Below, one piece after another: positions 45,300 through 55,121 of a stretch of 64,000 bases of DNA. The position numbers were made by a program, and so were the translations under genes. Numbering within the stretch: the stretch's first letter is position 1; each line of letters starts with the position of its first letter. The DNA is taken from NCBI GenBank assembly GCA_030447415.1, contig JAUJOZ010000019.1, positions 9,929 through 73,928 of the forward strand. The letters are read 5' to 3'. The notes below the pieces were generated by a model, which saw only the letters and a list, made by a program, of their open reading frames with translations, did not search any database and was not told the DNA's origin. Source of the DNA: Thermomicrobiales bacterium. GTDB taxonomy: Bacteria > Chloroflexota > Chloroflexia > Thermomicrobiales > UBA6265.

Positions 45300-46301
45300 T
45301 CACGCTTCCGCGAACAGTCGCCGGACCCCTTCAATGTCGTCCACCGCGCCGATCGCGACCATCAGCTTGATCCGCGCCTTCTGGCCCGGCAGCTCGTTGG
45401 CGGGGATCACACCGAGCGCGGCCAGGTCCTTGCCGCCCCCGGCCGCGCCGCCGCCGCCGTAGATGGGTGCCAGGAAGCCACGAGGACACCGGGAAGCGAG
45501 GACGACCGGTACCTCCGCCGCCAGCGCCGCCTCGATCCCCGGGACGACCGCGACCGGCACGTTCCCCGCGCCTGACCCCTCGACCACGATCCCCCGGTAT
45601 CCGGCCGCAAGCGCCCACCGCAGTGGCCGATCGTCGCCTCCGGCGGCGACCTTCACCAGCAGCACCTCCGGCTCGACCCGCCTCGCCGCGATCGGGCGCC
45701 GTGGCGTCGGGGGATGTAGGTAGCGGACGCCCGCCTCTCTGACCTCACCAGTCGGCCCGTGGTTCGGCGACTCGAACGCGGCCGGGTTGGTCGTGTGCGT
45801 CTTGGTGACGTGCGCCGCGGTATGAATCGTCTCGTTCGCCACCAGCAGGACACCGCGGCCGCGGGAAACTGGCGCGACCGCGACGCGGGCGGCGTCGAGC
45901 AGATTGCGCGGCCCGTCGGCTCCCGGCTCGCCGAGGTGGCGCATCGCCACGGCAAAAACGACCGGCTTGTCACTGGCCAGGACCAAGTCGACGAGAAACG
46001 CCGTCTCCTCGACCGTGTCGGTCCCGTGGGTGACGACGACACCCGCCACCGTCGGAGCCGCCAGCGCCGCCGCGATGCGTTGTGCCAGGTCGAACATCAT
46101 CAGCGGCGTCACGTTCCAGCCGTTCACGGCCGCGAACGGCTCGACCTCCAGATGGGCGACGTCCACCAACTCCGGGACGAGTTGGCGCAACTCCTCCCCG
46201 CTCGCCGCGGTGCGGACCGCGCCGGTGACTGGGTCGCGCCGGCTGGCAATCGTGCCTCCGGTCGTGAACAGGCGGAGGAGTGGCTTCGAGTCCGTGGGCA
46301 A
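45300..46301 (-). CDS. L-asparaginase (classical asparaginase/glutaminase family)
   Basis: FTTGGTIAS (nucleophile Thr) and HGTDTVEETAF. 333 aa. Confidence 0.85.
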   Translation of the reverse strand: MPTDSKPLLRLFTTGGTIASRRDPVTGAVRTAASGEELRQLVPELVDVAHLEVEPFAAVNGWNVTPLMMFDLAQRIAAALAAPTVAGVVVTHGTDTVEETAFLVDLVLASDKPVVFAVAMRHLGEPGADGPRNLLDAARVAVAPVSRGRGVLLVANETIHTAAHVTKTHTTNPAAFESPNHGPTGEVREAGVRYLHPPTPRRPIAARRVEPEVLLVKVAAGGDDRPLRWALAAGYRGIVVEGSGAGNVPVAVVPGIEAALAAEVPVVLASRCPRGFLAPIYGGGGAAGGGKDLAALGVIPANELPGQKARIKLMVAIGAVDDIEGVRRLFAEA

Positions 46302-46489
46302 CAGACGCTCCTGATTTGGTCGGATGGTTGGTACGTCGCGCTATTCGCTCTCACCCTCAAGTCGTCGCAGGTCATTGGGAGAGGGGGGCTTGATCCACAA
46401 GCGCGGGGGAACGCGCTCGGTGGGATGCCGCTTCGAGAGAGCAGCACGCAGCGGGACCAGCCACTGCCGCGGTAGTCAGTTCTCGGCCC

Positions 46490-47179
46490 TCATCCTTTTT
46501 CGGCGCCCGTCCCGAACAACCGGTCGCCGGCGTCGCCCAGCCCAGGACGGATGAAGCGGTTCTCGTCGAGCTCACGGTCGAGGATCGCCACGTGAACCGG
46601 GACGTCGGGGTGGGCCTCCAGCATCCGCCGCACGCCCTCGGGGGCCGCGATCAGGCCGACGAAGCTGATGCGAGGGGCACCCCACGCTTTGAGGACAGAG
46701 GCAGCATCGGTCGCCGAGCCGCCGGTGGCGAGCATCGGATCGAGGAGGATAACCAGGTCGTCGGGGCTCCTGGCCGGGAGACGGTTGTAGTAACTGACCG
46801 GGCGGTGGGTCTCCTCATCCCGGTACATCCCGAGGTGCCAGACCTCCGATCCCGGCAGGACGTCGAGTGCCGCCTCGACCATCCCCAGGCCCGCCCGGAT
46901 GATCGGCACGAGCCCAATGCGGGCCGCGATCCGAACCCCCTCGGTCTCCTCCAGCGGCGTCCGGAAACGGACTGGAGCCAGTGGCAGGTCGGCCGTTGCC
47001 TCGTAGAGGAGGAGCGCGGTCAGCTCGCGCACCAGTTCCCGGAAGAGCTTGGCGTCCGTCCGCTCATCCGCCAGCCGGGTCACCTTGTGCCGCACCAGCG
47101 GGTGCCCGCTGAGGCGCAGGTTTGGGAACGCAACCGTCCCTTGGGAACGCGCGACTGCATGGTCCGTGGATTGACTCAT
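46490..47179 (-). CDS. upp: uracil phosphoribosyltransferase
   Basis: 229 aa from MSQSTD. HPLVRHKVTRLAD, VPIIRAGLGM, LLDPMLATGGSA (PRPP loop) and IRPGLGDAGDRLFG. Confidence 0.9.
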   Translation of the reverse strand: MSQSTDHAVARSQGTVAFPNLRLSGHPLVRHKVTRLADERTDAKLFRELVRELTALLLYEATADLPLAPVRFRTPLEETEGVRIAARIGLVPIIRAGLGMVEAALDVLPGSEVWHLGMYRDEETHRPVSYYNRLPARSPDDLVILLDPMLATGGSATDAASVLKAWGAPRISFVGLIAAPEGVRRMLEAHPDVPVHVAILDRELDENRFIRPGLGDAGDRLFGTGAEKG

Positions 47180-47392
47180 CCCCTCATCCCCCGCGCCCAC
47201 CGGTACCGGCTGCTTCTCGACGCTTGGGCATGATGAAGCGCTCCCGCGGCGGACGCAAGACGCTCCGCACCGCCGCGCGGGAGTTATGATCGCTTGCCTC
47301 ACCGGGGGTCGCGGCCGCTGGACAGGCGGCACGACCTGTGCGGCAATGCGGCCGGCGACCGCGCCACCACGACCCTGCACGGAGGAGCCGCT

Positions 47393-47776
47393 ATGCCCGC
47401 CGTCCAGCGCCTGCAGCACGTCAGTGTCCCTATGCCTCCCGACGGCGAAGAGGCCGCGCGGCGGTTCTATATCGGCGCGCTCGGCATGGAGGAGGTGCCC
47501 CCGCCCTCGACGCTGGAGATGCGGCTCGTCTGGTTCCGGGCGGGCACCGACGGTCACGAAGTCCACTGCTATGTCGACGAGCACCTCGGCCGCAACTCAG
47601 GGGGCCAACACCTCTGCCTCCAGGTGGATGACCTTGCCGCCTTCCGGCGCCGCCTGGCCGAGCATGACATGGTGGTCGAGGAGGCGGTTGCAATCCCAAA
47701 CCGCCCCCGCCTCTTCGTCCGAGACCCGTTCGGCAACCTGATCGAGCTCACCCAGATCACTGGAGACTACCGCTAA
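47393..47776 (+). CDS. VOC/glyoxalase-family protein
   Basis: 127 aa. VQRLQHVSVPMP...FYIGALGMEEV...HLCLQVDDL...FVRDPFGNLIEL. GGAGGAG lies upstream of the ATG. Confidence 0.7.
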   Translation: MPAVQRLQHVSVPMPPDGEEAARRFYIGALGMEEVPPPSTLEMRLVWFRAGTDGHEVHCYVDEHLGRNSGGQHLCLQVDDLAAFRRRLAEHDMVVEEAVAIPNRPRLFVRDPFGNLIELTQITGDYR

Positions 47777-47931
47777 CACCGAGACCCAGAGGTCAAGCGG
47801 CAAGGGGCGAGGAACAACGACTGGAGGGCGAGTCACAGCCCCGGAGCTCATGGCCGAGGACGACGACCCGGACCGACGTGGCCCGTGAACGTCAAATCAT
47901 GATCTCTGGACCATTTGAAGGGAGAGGACCG

Positions 47932-49557
47932 ATGGCAGCAACGCAGGCGGAAACCGCGAAGCAGAAGATCACCTACACCCCGACTCCCGAGCAGATCGAG
48001 CAGATGCACCAGGCGTTCGACGCCGCGCTGGAGCAGGTGCGGGGCGAGCTCGGCCGCACCTACCCGATGCTCGTCGGCGGCGTCGAGCGCGAAGGAAAGG
48101 GGACCTTCGAGGTACGGGCGCCCGCCGACCGCGATCTCGTCCTTGCTCGCTTCCAGAAGGGCACGGAGCAGGACGTCAACGACGCCATCGCCGCCGCGAA
48201 GGCCGCCTTCCCCACCTGGTCGGCCCTGCCCTATCACGAGCGCGTCCGCATCATGCGTCGCGCCGCGGAGCTGATCCGCGAGCGCAAGTTTCGCCTCGCC
48301 GCCCTCCTCATCCTCGAGGCCGGAAAGAACCGGGCGGAGGCCATCGGCGAGGTGGAGGAGGGCGCGGACCTGATCGACGCCTATGCCGATCAGATGGAGC
48401 AGAACCACGGCTTCGAGCGGGAGATGGCCTCACTCGATCCGGCCGAGCGCAACCGCTCGATCCTCCGCCCCTTCGGCGTCTGGGCAGTGCTCGCCCCGTT
48501 CAACTTTCCGCACGCGCTGTCGGCGGGCATGTCCTCCGGCGCCCTCGTCGCCGGCAACACCGTCGTCTACAAGCCGGCCAGCGCCACGCCGATCGCCGGG
48601 TACGAGCTCGCCCGCTGCTACCTCGACGCCGGAGTCCCGGGCGGCGCGTTCAACTTCGTCACCGGCTCGGGCGAGGCCGTGGGTGCCCCGCTCACCCACC
48701 ACCCTGACGTCGACGGCGTCATCTTCACCGGCTCGAAGGAGGTCGGCCTTGACCTCTACAAGAGCTTCGGCAGCGACTACCCCAAGCCCTGCATCACCGA
48801 GATGGGCGGCAAGAACCCGACTATCGTCACCCGCAACGCCGATCTCACCAAGGCGGTCGAGGGGGTCGCCCGCTCCGCCTTCGGCTTCTCCGGCCAGAAG
48901 TGCTCGGCCTGCTCTCGAGTCTACGTCGAACGCCCGGTCTACGACGACTTCATCGAGCGCCTGACCCACCGCACCAAGGAGCTGAAGGTCGGCGACCCGA
49001 CGGACCGTGACGTCTTCGTCGGCCCCGTTATCGACGAGCGAGCCGTGGAGCGCTTCGAGGACGCAGTGAAGGCGGCAAAGAAAGGGACCGTCCGCGTCGG
49101 CGGCGAGCGCCTGAACGAGGGCCCGTATGCGCGCGGCACCTTCGTCGCTCCCACCGTCGTCGACGGCTTGCCGCATGACCACGAGCTCTTCAAGCGGGAG
49201 CTCTTCCTTCCGTTCGTGGTCGTCGCCCCGGTCGACTCCCTGGACGAGGCACTCACGCTGTCCAACGACACCGAGTACGGCCTGACCGCCGGCATCTTCA
49301 GCGAGGACTCGGGCGAGATCGAGCGTTTCTTCGACCGGATTGAGGCCGGCGTCGTCTACGCCAACCGCAAAGGCGGCGCGACGACCGGCGCCTGGCCGGG
49401 CTGCCAGTCATTCTGCGGCTGGAAGGCGAGCGGCAGCACCGGCAAGGGCGGTCTCGGCCCCTACTACGTCCAGCAGTTCCTCCGCGAGCAGAGCCGCACG
49501 GTCGTCGTCGACGACGCCCAGGAGGACCTGGCCGCCGAGCAGGCCGCCGGCGAGTAG
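47932..49557 (+). CDS. aldehyde dehydrogenase, L-glutamate gamma-semialdehyde (P5C) dehydrogenase-like
   Basis: FTGSKEVGL, ITEMGGKNP and GQKCSACSR (catalytic Cys). The N-terminal architecture matches the stand-alone PruA/RocA type. GGGAGAGG lies upstream of the ATG. Confidence 0.75.
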   Translation: MAATQAETAKQKITYTPTPEQIEQMHQAFDAALEQVRGELGRTYPMLVGGVEREGKGTFEVRAPADRDLVLARFQKGTEQDVNDAIAAAKAAFPTWSALPYHERVRIMRRAAELIRERKFRLAALLILEAGKNRAEAIGEVEEGADLIDAYADQMEQNHGFEREMASLDPAERNRSILRPFGVWAVLAPFNFPHALSAGMSSGALVAGNTVVYKPASATPIAGYELARCYLDAGVPGGAFNFVTGSGEAVGAPLTHHPDVDGVIFTGSKEVGLDLYKSFGSDYPKPCITEMGGKNPTIVTRNADLTKAVEGVARSAFGFSGQKCSACSRVYVERPVYDDFIERLTHRTKELKVGDPTDRDVFVGPVIDERAVERFEDAVKAAKKGTVRVGGERLNEGPYARGTFVAPTVVDGLPHDHELFKRELFLPFVVVAPVDSLDEALTLSNDTEYGLTAGIFSEDSGEIERFFDRIEAGVVYANRKGGATTGAWPGCQSFCGWKASGSTGKGGLGPYYVQQFLREQSRTVVVDDAQEDLAAEQAAGE

Positions 49558-49618
49558 TGGGGCAAGTCGTTCCCCAAGTCCCGACGTGGGGCCACCCCGC
49601 GCCGGGGCGGGTGGAACC

Positions 49619-50368
49619 TCACTCGTAGAATGCCGGCGACTTACGCACCGTCGCCCACTGCGCGGGATCATGGCCGTAGATGAGCCAGGCGCCTTCCTCC
49701 CGCGCGAGCCGCGCCACGCGGTGGCCGCTTGCGCGTGCCTTGCCCTCGCTCCACGACGCCTTGAAGTTGTCCCGCTCCAGGACCGCCGGGAGGTAGAGCG
49801 CGTCGATCGCCAGCAATATCGGTCCCGTTTGGGGCAGCGACACCAGAACCGAGGTGTGGCCGGGCGTGTGCCCGGGCGTGTGCAGCAGGCGAATCCCCGG
49901 ACACAGGTCGGCGTCACCGTCGATGACCTCGGATGCCACCGCATCCGGCCACGAGAGTCGATCGTACATCGGCCGAGGACGCTCGCGCTCGGCCCGCTGG
50001 ACGACTAAGGTCGCGCCAGGGAAGTCTCCGATGCCGCCCGCGTGGTCGAAGTGCGTGTGCGTGACCACCTGGTGAGTGACGTCATCCGGCTTCAGGCCGA
50101 GCTTCGCCAACTGCGCCGAGGGCCGGTTCTCCGCGCTTACCTCAACCCTCCTGAGCCAATCGCCGAATCCGTCCCGTCGCACTGCCTCCAGTGGGTCGTC
50201 GTAATACGCCGCCGGCAAGCCGGTGTCCACGAGCACGTTCAAGCCGTCATCGGTCTGAATCAGGTAGCCCGGTACGCCGACCGTCAGCCACTCGCCGGCG
50301 CCGCCGCCGGGGAGGAGTACGTCCAGGGCCAACTCCAGCGACCCGTAGTCCAACACGAACAGCCGCAT
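49619..50368 (-). CDS. metallo-beta-lactamase-fold hydrolase, N-acyl-homoserine-lactonase-like
   Basis: 249 aa. HTHFDHAGG, HTPGHTPGH and a late YGHD. The length and motif spacing resemble AiiA-type lactonases. Confidence 0.7.
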   Translation of the reverse strand: MRLFVLDYGSLELALDVLLPGGGAGEWLTVGVPGYLIQTDDGLNVLVDTGLPAAYYDDPLEAVRRDGFGDWLRRVEVSAENRPSAQLAKLGLKPDDVTHQVVTHTHFDHAGGIGDFPGATLVVQRAERERPRPMYDRLSWPDAVASEVIDGDADLCPGIRLLHTPGHTPGHTSVLVSLPQTGPILLAIDALYLPAVLERDNFKASWSEGKARASGHRVARLAREEGAWLIYGHDPAQWATVRKSPAFYE

Positions 50369-50374
50369 CCCGCG

Positions 50375-51307
50375 TCACCTCCCAAGCCCCGCGGCCATCG
50401 GACGTTCACCGCTGGCCACCGTAGGCCGGGGCCAGTTCACCAGCAGCAGCCCGCCCACCACCGCCACAAAGCCGACGGCGAAGGCGCCGCTGATCGGCTC
50501 GTCCAGCAGCGCAGCCGCCAGGATCGTCGCCACCATCGGATTGAGGTTGATGTAGACCGCAGTCTGCGTCGGCGTCAGGCGGGCCAGCGCGAAGCTGTTG
50601 AGGAAGAAAGCCAAGGCACCGCCGAAGACACCGAGGAAGAGCACGAGGCCGATTGCCCGTCCGTTGAGGGCCGCCACTGCCTCCGGCAGCCCACCCAGGA
50701 AGCCCACCGGCAGCAGCAGGAAGGTGCCGAAGGCCATGGCGGAGGCGGTCACGGTGAGCGGCCCGTAACGACCGATGACCGGTTTCGCCAGGACGTGGTA
50801 GACGCCGCCACAGAGGGCGGTCAACAGCATCAACGCATTGCCCGTCGTGGCGCCGGCTCCACTCCCGAGGTCGATACCCTCCTCAGCGAACACCACGGTC
50901 ACCCCCGCGATCGAGAGGACCAGTCCTCCCACCTGGCGGCGAATGAGTGCCTCCCGTCCGGCGACCCCCGCGAGCAGGGCGCTCCAGATCGGCATCGTCG
51001 CCAGCACGAGCGAGCCTCGAGAGGCCGTGGTCAGGTCGAGCGCGGCATTGAAGGTGACGGGGAAGACGGCGAAGAGAATCACGCCGAGAAGCGCCAGCGA
51101 TGGAACGTCGCGCCGCTCGACCCGCAGTAGCCCGCGCGCCGCCGCGAACAAGACGAGGAAGAGGAGGAGCCCCCCCTGCCCGAACCGAAGCACGGCCAGG
51201 CTGATCGGCGGCACGTCCCGCACGGCGACCCGCGTCGCGACGACCGAGGCGCCGAACAGGAGCGCCGAGACGAACGCGCCAAGGTTCCCGGCGGCAGCGG
51301 ACGTCAC
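50375..51307 (-). CDS. EamA/DMT-family transporter
   Basis: 310 aa with ~10 hydrophobic segments in two halves. It overlaps the upstream gene stop by 4 nt. Confidence 0.8.
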   Translation of the reverse strand: MTSAAAGNLGAFVSALLFGASVVATRVAVRDVPPISLAVLRFGQGGLLLFLVLFAAARGLLRVERRDVPSLALLGVILFAVFPVTFNAALDLTTASRGSLVLATMPIWSALLAGVAGREALIRRQVGGLVLSIAGVTVVFAEEGIDLGSGAGATTGNALMLLTALCGGVYHVLAKPVIGRYGPLTVTASAMAFGTFLLLPVGFLGGLPEAVAALNGRAIGLVLFLGVFGGALAFFLNSFALARLTPTQTAVYINLNPMVATILAAALLDEPISGAFAVGFVAVVGGLLLVNWPRPTVASGERPMAAGLGR

Positions 51308-52239
51308 GGGGTGAGGGCCGGCGGGCCATCGGCATACGGCTTCAACGCGGCGTAAACGGCGAAGTTGAACGGGGTCGCAATCCCCAGCTCGCGGCCGAGA
51401 CGAACGACGGTTCCGTTCAGCGTTTCCAGTTCCAGCGGCCGGTCGGCCTCAAGGTCGTTGGCCATCGAGCCGCGCAAACTCGCCATCCGTGGCTCGGACA
51501 GGAAGTCCTGGGTTCGGTCCACGCACGTCTCGGACAGCGCGACGCCGCGCGCCCGACCGACCGCTGCCGCCTCCTCCATTACCCCCCGCGAGAGCGCCCG
51601 CGTCTCAGGACAGGTGTGGATCGGTCCGAGCGGCAGTCGCGTCAACGCGGTGACGCCGCTGAACGCGCAGATGGTGACGAACTTCTCCCAGAGCGCGACC
51701 CGGATGTCCAGGTGCACCTCGGCCTCGATGCCTGCGCGCCGCAAATGTTCCGCGAGGCGCTCCACGCGCGGACTAACCCCTCCGCCAAGCTCGCCGACGA
51801 CGATCCGCCCGGGTCCGCCACTTTGAACGATCACCCCCGGCGCTTCGACGTGACAGCTGACGTAGACGGCGGTGCCAACGACGGCGCGCTCACCCGTGAC
51901 CTCCGCGAGACGCTCCTCGTTGTCGATGCCATTCTGGACGGGGAGGACGATCGTCTCCGGACCGACGAGAGGCCGGACCTGCTCCGCCGCTTGGTCGAGG
52001 TTGTACGCCTTGACGCAGAAGAGCACGAGGTCGACCGGTCCGATCGTGCTGGGGTCGTCGGTGACCATGACCGGGAGGGTGAAGTCGCCGACCAGGCGCG
52101 ACCGCACGGTGAGCCCGTTGGCCCGGATCGCTTCGAGTTGCCTCCCGCGGGCCACGAAGGCGACTTCGTCGCCGGCGCGAGCTAAGAGCCCACCATAGAA
52201 CCCGCCCAGTCCCCCGGCGCCGATCACCGCCACACGCAC
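51304..52239 (-). CDS. 2-dehydropantoate 2-reductase family (PanE/ApbA) oxidoreductase
   Basis: GTG start after GAGAGGAGGGG. VAVIGAGGLGGFYGGLLARAG Rossmann fold. VLFCVKAY, PVQNG and the C-terminal ApbA_C pattern (LWEKF..., S.ANDLE....E). Confidence 0.75.
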   Translation of the reverse strand: MRVAVIGAGGLGGFYGGLLARAGDEVAFVARGRQLEAIRANGLTVRSRLVGDFTLPVMVTDDPSTIGPVDLVLFCVKAYNLDQAAEQVRPLVGPETIVLPVQNGIDNEERLAEVTGERAVVGTAVYVSCHVEAPGVIVQSGGPGRIVVGELGGGVSPRVERLAEHLRRAGIEAEVHLDIRVALWEKFVTICAFSGVTALTRLPLGPIHTCPETRALSRGVMEEAAAVGRARGVALSETCVDRTQDFLSEPRMASLRGSMANDLEADRPLELETLNGTVVRLGRELGIATPFNFAVYAALKPYADGPPALTP

Positions 52240-52423
52240 GCCGCCCCTCCTCTCACCGGCCCGGTCGTCGGCAGGAGGCGAGTGTACACCCGGTGGACCC
52301 GGCCCCCGATGCTTCCTCAACCAGTCCGCCCGCGGCTGACGCGAGCGGATTGGGAGCGACCGGGCGCAGGTTCGGCGGTTCAGCGCGGGATGGTCAGCCG
52401 CGCGGCAAGTCGGCAGCCCGTTC

Positions 52424-53617
52424 TCATTGGCCCGACGCGGTCCCCACCGCCGATGGAGATCCGGGCGATCCGACCCGGACCGTCTCGCGCAAGCCTGCCA
52501 GGCACCGCGCCGTCCGCGCCAGCCCCTCCGCGAACACCGCCGGATCCTGCCCGATGCCGAGACGCAGGTGCCCCTCGAAGCCGAACGCCGAGCCCGGCGC
52601 CAGCATCACGCTCTGCTCCTCGGCCAGTCGGTTCGCCAGAGCCAACGACGGCATGTCGAGGTGGTACCGCATCAACGCTAGCAAGCCGGCGCGAGGTCGG
52701 GTCCACGAGGCGAGGTCGGCGTGCTCCGCGAACCAGCGGTCCGCGATCTCCAGGTTTCGCTCGACGATGAGCCGCGTGCGCTCGATGAGACGTCCGCGGT
52801 GGGTGAGTGCGAAAACCGCGAGGGCATCGTTCAGCTTGCCTGGGCTGAGCGACACATAGTCGCGCATCGCCCAGCAGCGGGCGACGAGGTCGGCAGGACC
52901 CGCCAGCCAGCCGATCCGGAGACCGGGTAGCCCGAACGGCTTGGACAGGGTGCCGACGCTGATGCCTCGATCGCCGAGGTTGCGCACTGGGGATGCGAGC
53001 GGCGGCCCACCGGGTAGCTCGAGCCATCGGTACGCCTCGTCGCCGAGGACATCGGCGCCGACAGACGCCGCGAGGTCGTAGACCTGGCGCAACTCCTCGG
53101 CACGGAGGAGCGCACCGGTCGGGTTGTGCGGGGTGTTGACGATGATCAGGCGGGTCCGCGGAGTCACGAGCCGCTCCAGGTCCTGGAGGTCGAAGCGGAA
53201 GCTGTCTTCGTCCCGGACGTGCCACAGGTCAAGGTCACAGCCGATGGCCCTTGGTACGCTGTGGACCTGCTGGTAGGCCGGGGCGACGGCGACGACGTGG
53301 TCACCGGGGTCAAGGAGGACGTTGAGGAGGAGGAAGTTGGCCTCGATTGCGCCCGTGGTAACCAGTACGTGCTCCGGACCCGTGTCCCGATACGTCGCCG
53401 CGAGGAGCGAACGTAGCGCCAGCGAACCGGGTGCCTCGCTGTAGCCGAGCCGCAGATGGAGCAGGTCCGACAGGATGCGATCCCGTTCGCTCGGCGACTC
53501 GAGATCGAGCAGCTCGCGGGTGGTCAACGGCAGGATGCCGCTCTCGGCGATGTCGTACTCGACCTGTGTTTCGTAGGTCGTCATCCACCGCTCAAGCGCG
53601 AACGTCTCGATCTTCAC
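52424..53617 (-). CDS. class I/II PLP aminotransferase
   Basis: 397 aa. NTPHNPTG and SVGTLSKPFGLPGLRIGW (PLP lysine). Confidence 0.8.
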   Translation of the reverse strand: MKIETFALERWMTTYETQVEYDIAESGILPLTTRELLDLESPSERDRILSDLLHLRLGYSEAPGSLALRSLLAATYRDTGPEHVLVTTGAIEANFLLLNVLLDPGDHVVAVAPAYQQVHSVPRAIGCDLDLWHVRDEDSFRFDLQDLERLVTPRTRLIIVNTPHNPTGALLRAEELRQVYDLAASVGADVLGDEAYRWLELPGGPPLASPVRNLGDRGISVGTLSKPFGLPGLRIGWLAGPADLVARCWAMRDYVSLSPGKLNDALAVFALTHRGRLIERTRLIVERNLEIADRWFAEHADLASWTRPRAGLLALMRYHLDMPSLALANRLAEEQSVMLAPGSAFGFEGHLRLGIGQDPAVFAEGLARTARCLAGLRETVRVGSPGSPSAVGTASGQ

Positions 53618-53788
53618 CCTTGCCTCCTTCTACCGCCTGCTCGCGACCTCATAGCAATGGTACGCCGCCTTGACGCTCCTTGACTCGACTCCTACGATGC
53701 CGGGGCCCAGCTTGGCAAGACCTGCCGTCCGCGTATCGCTCACGGACGAGTCCGGTCGCACCCGCCGCCCGGCCGTCAGGAGACGAAC

Positions 53789-54874
53789 ATGAGCCCGATA
53801 CCACCGCTTCCCGACGTCGACGGGCCGTACATGCGTGAGTTAACGGTGGATCTCTGTCGCATCCCAAGCCCGACCGGGTACACCCGGGCCGCCGTCGACT
53901 TCGTCCATGAGCGGCTCGCCGGCCTGGGCCTGGAGGTGAAGCGCACGGTGAAGGGGGCGCTGGTCGCGACGCTACCCGGCGCGGACGTCCGCACCGGCGG
54001 GCACCGCACCCTGTCGGCTCACCTCGACACCCTCGGTGCGATGGTCAAGGAGATCAAGCCGAATGGGCGGCTACGGCTAACTCGGGTCGGGGGCTACGAC
54101 TGGAACACGATCGAGGGGGAGTACTGCACCGTCCATACCGCGCCAACCGGTCCCCGCCCGGACGGCGTCACTGGCACGATCCTGACGACCAAGGCCTCCT
54201 ACCACATTCACAGCACGGCTCTCGTCGACCTCAAGCGCGACGAGGAGTCGCTGGAGGTGCGCCTCGACGGGCGCGTCGCGTCGGCGGACGATGCGCGGGC
54301 GCTCGGCGTGGCGGTCGGGGACTTCGTTAGCCTCGACCCGCGCGCCGTGGTCACGCCAGATGGCTTCGTCAAGTCCCGCCACCTGGACGACAAGGCGTGC
54401 GTCGCTATCCTGCTCGGGGTTGCCAAGGCGGTGACGGAGCACGGTCTCGCGTTGGCGGCACCGTCGCACCTCTTCGTCAGCACCTACGAGGAGGTCGGCC
54501 ACGGCTCCTCGGCCGGTCTGCCGCCGGAAACGACCGAGGTGATCGCCGTCGACATGGCCGCTGTTGGCGAGGGCCAGACATCGGACGAGTTCGCGACCAC
54601 CGTCTGCGTCAAGGACACCTCGGGTCCCTACGACCACGATCTGAGCCGTCACTTGGTCGGTCTCGCCGCGGCCCACGGCATCGACTGTCGCATCGACATC
54701 TACAACTACTACGCGTCCGATGTCAGCCAGGCGCTACGCGCGGGCTACGACGTGCGTGGCGCCCTCGTCGGTCCCGGGGTGGACGCTTCCCACTCCTACG
54801 AGCGCCTCCACCAACGCTCACTGGAGGAGACGGCGCGGCTCCTGCTGGCGTACCTGCTGACGCCCACTCCCTAA
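53789..54874 (+). CDS. M42-family metallopeptidase
   Basis: 361 aa. SAHLDTLG, SRHLDDK, YEEVGHGSS and a late GPGVDASHSYER are M42 metal-ligand motifs. Confidence 0.8.
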   Translation: MSPIPPLPDVDGPYMRELTVDLCRIPSPTGYTRAAVDFVHERLAGLGLEVKRTVKGALVATLPGADVRTGGHRTLSAHLDTLGAMVKEIKPNGRLRLTRVGGYDWNTIEGEYCTVHTAPTGPRPDGVTGTILTTKASYHIHSTALVDLKRDEESLEVRLDGRVASADDARALGVAVGDFVSLDPRAVVTPDGFVKSRHLDDKACVAILLGVAKAVTEHGLALAAPSHLFVSTYEEVGHGSSAGLPPETTEVIAVDMAAVGEGQTSDEFATTVCVKDTSGPYDHDLSRHLVGLAAAHGIDCRIDIYNYYASDVSQALRAGYDVRGALVGPGVDASHSYERLHQRSLEETARLLLAYLLTPTP

Positions 54875-55121
54875 CGGACCGCGTCCTCGGTGCGACGGCC
54901 GCGTCGGCATGCCACCTCGCAGATCCCTTCGCCGACCGCTCACCTCGCGGAGGCGCGGCGCGGCTCGGTGCGAGGACGCCGTTCATCGGTGTGCTCAACC
55001 GCGCGAAGACCCGACCGCGGGCGTGGCTCGGCCACGGGATGGGCCACGATTGACGGGGTTCGATCGTCCCCATACGATGCGCCCCGCAGTCGTTACATCG
55101 CACCGGCAGAGGAGGTGGCCG